Shown one piece after another: positions 57,247 through 64,000 of a stretch of 64,000 bases of DNA; positions within the stretch are counted from its first letter, which is position 1; each line of letters opens with the position of its first letter. The notes under the pieces are model-generated. The model did not search any database and had not been told where the DNA came from. It saw only the letters and a list, made by a program, of their open reading frames with translations. This DNA comes from a virus, in IMG/VR virus record IMGVR_UViG_3300032893_000021, positions 1 through 64,000 of that record; one strand, given 5' to 3'. Position numbers and translations under genes: made by a program.

Positions 57247-60200
57247 CTGGCGTTCGACGAGGAGTACGTCGTCCTCCTCGCCCTGGAGGCGCGCGAGAAC
57301 GCGGTCCGGGCCGTCGAGTCGGTCGACCGCTCCCTCAACAAGCTGGCCGGGTCGTCCGGGCGCGCCAGGCGCTCCCTCGAGGGGATGTCCGGCGCCCAGA
57401 AGGCGCTCGGGATCGGCCTCGGGGCCGTGGCCGCCGGGGTGGCGACCTACTTCGTGGCCGCGGAGCACTCGGCCGCCGAGCTCCAGACGGCGATGGCGAC
57501 CGTCCAGGTCAACGCCAACCTGACCGGGGACGCCGCGGCCGCGATGGGGCAGCAGATCGAGGAGGCCGCCGTCGGCACGACCGCCTCGGCGACCGACATG
57601 GCCCGCGCCCTCGGGCCGATCGCCGGAGAGCTGAGGAGGATCCAGGGCGGCTCGCTCGACGCCGCGTCCGCGACCGAGGTCCTGTCCTCGGCCCAGGACC
57701 TGGCAGCCGGGTCGGGGACCTCGCTCAGGTCGACCACCAAGGCGATCACGGACCTCCTCCTCGTCTACCACAAGCACGCCGAGGACGCGGCCTCCGTCTC
57801 GGACTCGCTCCAGCAGGCCCACGCCGACCTCGGGATCGGCGTCGACCGGCTGGCGATGATGCTCCAGCGGCTCCAGCCGAGGATCGCCGGGTCCGGCGTC
57901 GACATGCAGCACCTGCTCGGCATCGTCCGCGAGCTGGCCCCGGCCGTCGGCTCCGGCCAGCGGGCGATGATGATGGTCGGGAACATCCTCTCGATCCTCC
58001 AGAACCCGTCGAAGGCGGCCCAGTCCGCGCTCGCCTCGCTCGGCGTCACGCTGACCGACTCGACCGGGAAGTTCGTCGGGTTCTCGAAGGCGGTCGACCT
58101 GATCAAGGGGGCGTACGACCAGCTCCCGGCCGCGGTCGGCAAGACGGCCGCGTCCCAGCGGCTCGCCAAGGACGAGGCGATGCTCGCCAAGCTGGCGACC
58201 GAGGCGTCCTCGAAGGCCGTCACCGCCCACAAGAACGCCCTGACTGCCGACGTCAAGGGCCTCCTCGCCCACGGGGCCCAGCTGACCCAGAACACCCTGC
58301 TCCAGGCCCTGTTCGGCAGGCAGGCCAACATCGCGTCGTCGCTCATCACGGGCGGGTCCGCCGCGATCGAGGACAACACCACGGCGCTCGCGAGGAACAT
58401 GACGGCCGCGCAGGCGGCCGCGACGACTGACGCGACGGTGTCCGGGCAGCTCGAGGTCCTCCACAAGATGCTGTCCACCGTCTCGGCCGCGATCGGGTCG
58501 GTGTTCATCCCGGCCACCGCGTCCGCGCTCCACGCCGTCGTGTCGATCCTCCAGCCGATCGCGGCCTGGATCGTCGCGAACCCCCAGATCGCGACCACGG
58601 CCCTCGCGGTCGCGGGCGCCGTCGCCGGGCTGGGGGCGGCCCTGGTGTTCGTCAAGCCGCTGGTCATCGGGGCGGCGGAGGAGCTCATCGGGCTCCTGGG
58701 CCCGGCCATCGCGCTCGCGGCCCCGGTAGCGCTCGTGGCCGCCGCGGTCCTCGGGCTCAGGACCGGCATCGGCCCGGTCGACTCCGCCCTCGACTCGCTG
58801 AGGCACGGGATCGACCTCGTCGTCCCGCCGTTCGCGGCGTTCGCGTCTGCGCTGGCGGCGCTCCTGTCTGGCTCTGGCTCCGTCGGGTCGGTCGCGAACG
58901 CGGCCGAGGGCCTCGGGCGCACGCTCCTCGGCCTGGCGTCCGCCGCCTCCGCCTGGGCCGTCGCGGCGGTCCAGAACGTCATGCCGCAGGTGATCGACAC
59001 GCTCGAGCAGGTCGGCGCCGCGGCCGCGGCCTGGGTCGCCGACCAGGTCCCGAAGTGGGTCGCGACGGCCCAGGGCTGGATCGGCGCCGCGGCGGACTGG
59101 CTCCAGACGACCGGAGTCCCGCTGTTCGTCAACGCCGTGGGCGTCCTGATCGACAAGGCCGTCGGGGTCATCGGGGACGGCAGCACGATCACCGCGGTCG
59201 TCAAGCAGCTGTCGCAGTGGGCAACCGCGCTCGCGGCGTGGGCCATCACCGCCGGGGCCGAGGCGGCCGCGGCCCTCGTGGCCTGGATCACGGCGACCCT
59301 CGTCAGCAAGGGGCCCGAGATCATCGGCGGCCTATGGACCCTCGCCTCGAGCATCGTGTCAGGCCTGGTCCAGGGCATCCTCGCGGACCCCGGCAAGGTC
59401 GCCCAGGCCGTGCTCGTCCTGCTGACCGGCGCGACGGTCGTGCACATGGTGGCGGCCGCGGCGGGCGTCCTCGCCGAGGCGTTCAACGCCGCCTACGCCG
59501 CCGCCGTGGCGGCCGGGCAGATGCTGGTGGCCGCCCTGCGCGGGCTGCTCCTCGGGACCGCCGTGACGGAGGTCGCGGCCGAGGCGGGCGCCGAGATGGG
59601 CGACGAGCTGATGGCGTCGTTCATGGCCGTGGCGGCGGGGCCCGCGGCGGCGGCGGAGGCCGCCACGGCGGGGGAGGCGCTCGCGAGCGGGGTCGGGGCC
59701 GGGATCGCGGGCGGGGTCGGAATCGGGGCGATCGCCACCGGCCTCGGGACGGCGCTCGTCGCCGCCATCCCGATCGCGCTCCTCTGGGCCGCCTCGAAGG
59801 CCAAGTACACGGACACCACCGCGGCCCAGAAGGCCATCATCTCGGCCGCCACGAGCACGGGCCACCGGTACGCCATGCCAGCCGGGTCCTCGGGATCGCC
59901 GGTCATGATCGAGACGGGCGGCGCGAGCGCGGCGGACATGGCCGTCTCCGCGACGACGCGGGCGGTCGACAAGCTGACCGGCTCGCTGGGCGCCGAGGCC
60001 AACGCGTGGTCGTACTCGGCCGAGGCGGTCCAGGCGGCCCAGAACGCCTTCCGCGAGGGCGAGCGCTCGGCAACCGCGAGCGGCAACGCCATCTCGGCGT
60101 CGGCGTCCGACTGGAGCAACGTCTGGATCGACTCGATCCACGGCGCGGTCCAGGTCTCGAACGCGGCAGCGTCCAGCCTCGGGCGCCCAATCTCGTCGGC

Positions 60201-61047
60201 GATCCAGCGCGCGCACGACATCGCCGTGCGGATCGCCTCCTCGACGCCCGGCGACGTCGCCAGCGCGATCAAGGACGGCGCCGCCGCCGTGACCTCCGCC
60301 ATGGGCCAACTGAACGCGGACCTGGCCAAGATCGACCCCAAGACGGGGAAGCTCAAGGCCGGGAAGGCGGGCGCCGGTGTCATGCCCAACTACGCCGACC
60401 AGATCCGGCAGCAGCAGACGGCGGTCGAGGCCGCGACCGGGCAGCTGACGGCGGCCCAGATCGCGGCGATCCAGAAGGGCCACGACAAGTTCGCCCAGGC
60501 CGGGCTGGCGAACGGCGTCGCGATCGCCCACGGGCTCGGCTCGTCATACGACCAGATCAAGGCCGACGCCGGGGCGGCGCTGCAGGGCGCCCAGGACCAG
60601 CTGACTGCGCTCCAGGCCGCGGCCGGTGCGAACGGCTACAGCACCGGCGTCACCTACGCCAACAACCTCGCCAACGGAATCGCGACCGGTGAGGTCTCCG
60701 TGAAGGCCGCGCTGCGGAACATCGGCCAGCTGCTGCACGCCGAGAGCCCGCCCGGGCCGCGCAGCCCGCTCCACGAGATCGACCTATGGGGCGCCCGGAC
60801 CGGCCAGGCGTTCGTCGACGAGTTCGCCAGGTCGCTGTCCGGCCTGTCCGCCGCCGCCGCCGCACCGCTGTCCGGCGCCGCCTCGGCGATGGCCGCCCCG
60901 CTCGCGGCCCCAGCCTCCGCCTCCGGGCGGCGCGGCGACGTCCACGTCTACCTCGACGGCAAGCGCGTGTCGGGGGCCGTCAGCCACCTGCTGTTCGACG
61001 AGGAGCGGACCTACGGCGGGGCGGCGAACCCGCTGAGCCCGTTCTGA
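57247..61047 (+). CDS. Tape measure protein (start CTG 57247 or ATG 57385)
   Basis: Long Ala-rich helical ORF; LQNPSKAAQSALASLGVTLTDSTGKF and QALFGRQA core motifs; periodic Trp; VHVYLDGKRVS C-terminus. Confidence 0.9.
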   Translation: MAFDEEYVVLLALEARENAVRAVESVDRSLNKLAGSSGRARRSLEGMSGAQKALGIGLGAVAAGVATYFVAAEHSAAELQTAMATVQVNANLTGDAAAAMGQQIEEAAVGTTASATDMARALGPIAGELRRIQGGSLDAASATEVLSSAQDLAAGSGTSLRSTTKAITDLLLVYHKHAEDAASVSDSLQQAHADLGIGVDRLAMMLQRLQPRIAGSGVDMQHLLGIVRELAPAVGSGQRAMMMVGNILSILQNPSKAAQSALASLGVTLTDSTGKFVGFSKAVDLIKGAYDQLPAAVGKTAASQRLAKDEAMLAKLATEASSKAVTAHKNALTADVKGLLAHGAQLTQNTLLQALFGRQANIASSLITGGSAAIEDNTTALARNMTAAQAAATTDATVSGQLEVLHKMLSTVSAAIGSVFIPATASALHAVVSILQPIAAWIVANPQIATTALAVAGAVAGLGAALVFVKPLVIGAAEELIGLLGPAIALAAPVALVAAAVLGLRTGIGPVDSALDSLRHGIDLVVPPFAAFASALAALLSGSGSVGSVANAAEGLGRTLLGLASAASAWAVAAVQNVMPQVIDTLEQVGAAAAAWVADQVPKWVATAQGWIGAAADWLQTTGVPLFVNAVGVLIDKAVGVIGDGSTITAVVKQLSQWATALAAWAITAGAEAAAALVAWITATLVSKGPEIIGGLWTLASSIVSGLVQGILADPGKVAQAVLVLLTGATVVHMVAAAAGVLAEAFNAAYAAAVAAGQMLVAALRGLLLGTAVTEVAAEAGAEMGDELMASFMAVAAGPAAAAEAATAGEALASGVGAGIAGGVGIGAIATGLGTALVAAIPIALLWAASKAKYTDTTAAQKAIISAATSTGHRYAMPAGSSGSPVMIETGGASAADMAVSATTRAVDKLTGSLGAEANAWSYSAEAVQAAQNAFREGERSATASGNAISASASDWSNVWIDSIHGAVQVSNAAASSLGRPISSAIQRAHDIAVRIASSTPGDVASAIKDGAAAVTSAMGQLNADLAKIDPKTGKLKAGKAGAGVMPNYADQIRQQQTAVEAATGQLTAAQIAAIQKGHDKFAQAGLANGVAIAHGLGSSYDQIKADAGAALQGAQDQLTALQAAAGANGYSTGVTYANNLANGIATGEVSVKAALRNIGQLLHAESPPGPRSPLHEIDLWGARTGQAFVDEFARSLSGLSAAAAAPLSGAASAMAAPLAAPASASGRRGDVHVYLDGKRVSGAVSHLLFDEERTYGGAANPLSPF

Positions 61048-61048
61048 C

Positions 61049-62968
61049 ATGGCGACCGGGATCCTCGTCACCATAGCGTCGGTCGACCGGACGCAGTCAG
61101 CCCCGCTGTCGACCGCGCCGGACGGGAACCAGAGCTGGATCACGATGACGGAGCAGGTCCCCGGGACCTCGACCGCGCGCATCCTCCTCTACGACCCGGA
61201 CAACTCGATCTGGGTGGACCGGCTGTCCCTGATCACCGTCAGCGACCTGGCGAACCCCGGCAAGAACGTGTTCAACGGCTACGTCAACAGGCGCGAGATC
61301 ATCGTCGTCGCGACCTACCGGTTCTGGCAGCTGGACTGCGTCGATCTGAACGCGGTCCCGGACACGACGAACGTCGGCGTCCCCAACGGGACGGCCTGGC
61401 AGCTCGACCAGTCGGGCCAGTACATCCCCGTCGACCCCAACGCGATCGTGATCGGCGGGTCCGACTCCGAGAACGTCCAGCGCCTGTTCGCGGCCTACTG
61501 GGCCGGTCCGGTCGACGTGGACACAACGACGTACGTCGACACGATCTCGCCGGACCTGGGCCTCGTCGAGCCGGTCGTCTGGAACAGGGTCTCGCTCCGG
61601 AACGCGCTCGACGACATCGCGACGCTGGCCGGGCCGTACACGCGCTGGTGGATCGACGCAGACGCCTTCCTCCACTGGACGTCGGTCCCACAGGCCGGGG
61701 CCCCGTCCGGCGGCGGCGGCGTGACCGGCTCGCTGCCGATGCTCTTCCCCCAGTCGGACGCCCCGCTATGGCCGCCCGCCCCGTACGCCGTCTCGGACTC
61801 CCCGGACGGCGTCACCTCCATCTCGTACGAGAACTTCAAGTACGTGATGGACGACACGGGTGCTGCCGCCAGCCTCTACGCGAACGGCGCGACGGACTAC
61901 ACGATGGCCCTCAACCCGCGGCCCACGCCGGACGGTGTGGTGGCCGCGGTCGACGTCCCGCCGCCGGTCCGGCCGAACAACGGCTCCGACTACGTCGTCT
62001 ACCTGACCGCCGCCGTCCAGGTGTACGGGGTGGACTGGTCGGATCCCGACAACCCGGTGAGGCTCGACACGACGACGCCCTACGGCTCGGCCGGGACGTT
62101 CGTGAACACGACGTACGAGTCGATCCCCTCCTCGGACGGGACGGTCAAGCAGTACTACGTGATCCACACCGACGGATCGCTGGTGTTCCCGGACGGCTAC
62201 GCGATCTGGTCGGGCCTCGTCTCGATCCGCATCTACCCGTACACCTCGAACCCCAACCACAAGGGGGCGGACCTCGGGGTCGGCGGCACCGGCTGGGTCC
62301 AGGACGGCGACCCGTCGTGGCTGTCGAGGTACATCGACCTGCCCTCGGCGTCCTCCCAGGCGGCCCGCGACACGCAGGGCGGGACCGCCCTCGACTACGC
62401 CTCCGACTCGCTGATCCGCGGGTCGTGCGACGTGGTCTACCCGTCCGTCCTGTTCCGGGCCGGGATGGGCCTCGAGGTCACCAGCGCCCCGGCCGGTCTG
62501 GACGCCGAGACGTTCATGATCACCAAGGTCACGACGACCTTCCTGTCCGGCACGGACCTGCGGCGCGCGGCGCTCGAGTGGGGGACCGGCCCCTTCGGGA
62601 CGCTGGGGATGCGCGAGCAGGCGAAGCGCAAGGCGGCGAAGAAGCTGGGGGCCACGATCCACCGGGTCTGGTTCACGAACGCGAACCCGTCGCCCGGGTC
62701 GACCGTGACCGCCAAGACGCAGCTCTGCAACCACGCCGGGGAGCCGTGGCACATCCGCGGGAAGCCGGTCGACTGGTCGGTCCAGGTCTTCGACCGCCAC
62801 GGCAACGACGTGACGGCCGCCCAGAAGCGCCGGACCTCCTTCGCCCACGGCTGGAAGCTGTCGGCCACGTCGTCGCTCACCGACCACTACGGCAGGGCGT
62901 CCACCCGCCTGACGCTCTCGACCTCGAAGGGCCTACAGTACTTCATGACGGCGACGACGCCGGACTAG
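61049..62968 (+). CDS. Tail tip/baseplate hub-like minor tail protein
   Basis: Immediately follows the tape measure; VFNGYV..LDCVDLN..SLRNALDDIA..WWIDADAFLHW..FMITKV. Confidence 0.7.
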   Translation: MATGILVTIASVDRTQSAPLSTAPDGNQSWITMTEQVPGTSTARILLYDPDNSIWVDRLSLITVSDLANPGKNVFNGYVNRREIIVVATYRFWQLDCVDLNAVPDTTNVGVPNGTAWQLDQSGQYIPVDPNAIVIGGSDSENVQRLFAAYWAGPVDVDTTTYVDTISPDLGLVEPVVWNRVSLRNALDDIATLAGPYTRWWIDADAFLHWTSVPQAGAPSGGGGVTGSLPMLFPQSDAPLWPPAPYAVSDSPDGVTSISYENFKYVMDDTGAAASLYANGATDYTMALNPRPTPDGVVAAVDVPPPVRPNNGSDYVVYLTAAVQVYGVDWSDPDNPVRLDTTTPYGSAGTFVNTTYESIPSSDGTVKQYYVIHTDGSLVFPDGYAIWSGLVSIRIYPYTSNPNHKGADLGVGGTGWVQDGDPSWLSRYIDLPSASSQAARDTQGGTALDYASDSLIRGSCDVVYPSVLFRAGMGLEVTSAPAGLDAETFMITKVTTTFLSGTDLRRAALEWGTGPFGTLGMREQAKRKAAKKLGATIHRVWFTNANPSPGSTVTAKTQLCNHAGEPWHIRGKPVDWSVQVFDRHGNDVTAAQKRRTSFAHGWKLSATSSLTDHYGRASTRLTLSTSKGLQYFMTATTPD

Positions 62969-62980
62969 AGGAGCCGCCCA

Positions 62981-64000
62981 GTGGGCAACCCCGATTACCC
63001 CTCGAACGGGCAGGCCGAGAGGGTCGACGCCCTCGTCGGCATCGATGACACAGCGCGCCTGAAGCTGGGCCTCGGGGACGTCGCAGTGCCGGGCGCCTCG
63101 ACCGACGCCGCATGGCACGCGGCCGGGACCCACCTGTCCGGAGACGTCCTCGGGACGACGTACGGCGGCGACGACGCCGTCTCGCTGGGCGCCGTCTCGT
63201 CCGGCGGCTCCGTGGTCCCGCTCGCGGGCGACGCGGCGGGCGGGGCGCACTCGGCCGTCCTGGCGCCCGCACCGTCCGGCCTCCACCTGGCGCAGGCGTC
63301 CGGCACGCTCTCGGCCGGGACGTACGGCTACCGGGTGACGGCCAAGACGGCGGCCGGGGAGTCCCTCGCCTCCGTCGAGGCGACCCTCGGCATCTCGGCG
63401 TCCCACGGCGTGGCGCTGACGTGGTCCCCGGTCCCGGGCGCCGTCCGGTACGGCGTCTACGGGAGGACCGCCGGGTCCGAGCAGTGGCTCGCCGACACGG
63501 CGGGCCCGGTCACGTCGTACACCGACGACGGGTCCGGCTCGCCGTCCGGCGCGCTCCCGTCGGCCTCGACCGCCTTCACCGGCCTCGCGGCCGGATGGGA
63601 CGGCTCCGAGCCGAGGGCCATCGCGGTCGACGCCGCTGGCCGGGCCGCTGTCTCCGCGGCGGGCGCCTGGGCCGGGTCGGCCTACGCGGTCCCGGTGGCC
63701 GTCGACGCGAACGGCAACGTGATGACGACGCGCCTCGCGCCGTCCGGCGGCCTCGCCTACACCCTGGCGAAGTCGGGGATGGCGGCCACCGCGGCCGGGC
63801 AGCTCCTCGTCGTCGAGGGCCCGTCCGGGGAGAGCGCGTTCGTGACACGGGTGACGATCTGGAACCCAGGCATCCAGACGACCCCCGGCATCACCGAGTT
63901 CGCGGTCCGCAGGACGACGACCACGGGGACGGGCGGGACGCAGACACCGGCGGCCCACGGCGCGTTCGGGTCGTACGGCGGCGTCTGCCGGTCGCTCCCC
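62981..64000 (+). CDS. Minor tail/fibre protein, truncated by the window end
   Basis: GAGGAG SD, GTG 62981, open to the end; FN3-like LSAGTYGYRVTA..GESLAS..LTWSPVPGAVRYGVYGRT..YTDDG. Confidence 0.65.
   Translation, partial: MGNPDYPSNGQAERVDALVGIDDTARLKLGLGDVAVPGASTDAAWHAAGTHLSGDVLGTTYGGDDAVSLGAVSSGGSVVPLAGDAAGGAHSAVLAPAPSGLHLAQASGTLSAGTYGYRVTAKTAAGESLASVEATLGISASHGVALTWSPVPGAVRYGVYGRTAGSEQWLADTAGPVTSYTDDGSGSPSGALPSASTAFTGLAAGWDGSEPRAIAVDAAGRAAVSAAGAWAGSAYAVPVAVDANGNVMTTRLAPSGGLAYTLAKSGMAATAAGQLLVVEGPSGESAFVTRVTIWNPGIQTTPGITEFAVRRTTTTGTGGTQTPAAHGAFGSYGGVCRSLP

Larger units (their letters stand above)
1..64000 (+). mobile_element. Tailed dsDNA phage/prophage segment (packaging, head and tail modules)
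   Basis: Canonical order TerL - portal - MuF - protease/scaffold - capsid - adaptor - tail tube - TAC - tape measure - tail tip. Dense overlapping ORFs (ATGA/GTGA junctions). No host housekeeping genes seen. Confidence 0.95.

Noticed and set aside
2202-63958. Many long antisense or alternate-frame ORFs (e.g. 2202-5492 minus, 13596-16904 plus, 22034-25015 minus, 42274-44643 minus)
   Set aside because: R/G/P/A-rich shadow frames expected at very high GC; they overlap genes with clear motifs and lack SDs or domains.
1-64000. tRNA, rRNA, integrase/att sites, replication genes, stop-codon reassignment
   Set aside because: None recognised by eye. Genes end at TGA/TAG with normal overlaps, so no recoding is indicated. 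tRNAscan-SE or Infernal would be needed to exclude small RNAs.

Overview
The whole window reads as part of a very GC-rich tailed dsDNA phage or prophage. It is probably siphovirus-like: an HK97-type head module, a tail tube and a tape measure are present, and no sheath gene was recognised. The host is unknown; a high-GC Actinomycetota- or Chloroflexota-type bacterium is only an inference. Gene order on the + strand: terminase large subunit, small/membrane/lysis-like genes, a very long portal, accessory head genes including a 1448-aa MuF-type polyprotein, glycosyl- and methyltransferases, prohead protease/scaffold, major capsid, decoration and fibre genes, head-tail joining genes, tail tube, tail assembly chaperone, tape measure, tail-tip protein and a truncated fibre. 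Two islands of small genes, each centred on back-to-back sigma70-like promoters, interrupt the head module. The most striking signal is a short peptide tag repeated 10 times in 5 head-module proteins: K/R | [WYF]-x5-R-(D[DE]xG[RE]W or VPAGxxxGG[QE][WF]), with one copy slightly offset. It sits directly after a Lys (once Arg) and at the start of a new module, most often a recognisable enzyme domain: a RelA/SpoT-like synthetase, five zincin peptidases, a Cys-His-Asp enzyme and a DUF3626-like domain. This suggests a modular, protease-released cargo system for the virion head. The portal also carries a copy of the predicted mature capsid N-terminal peptide, and several core structural genes appear to start at CTG. 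All family assignments are from motif recognition by eye; no database searches were run. No integrase, replication genes, tRNA, rRNA or CRISPR array were seen.
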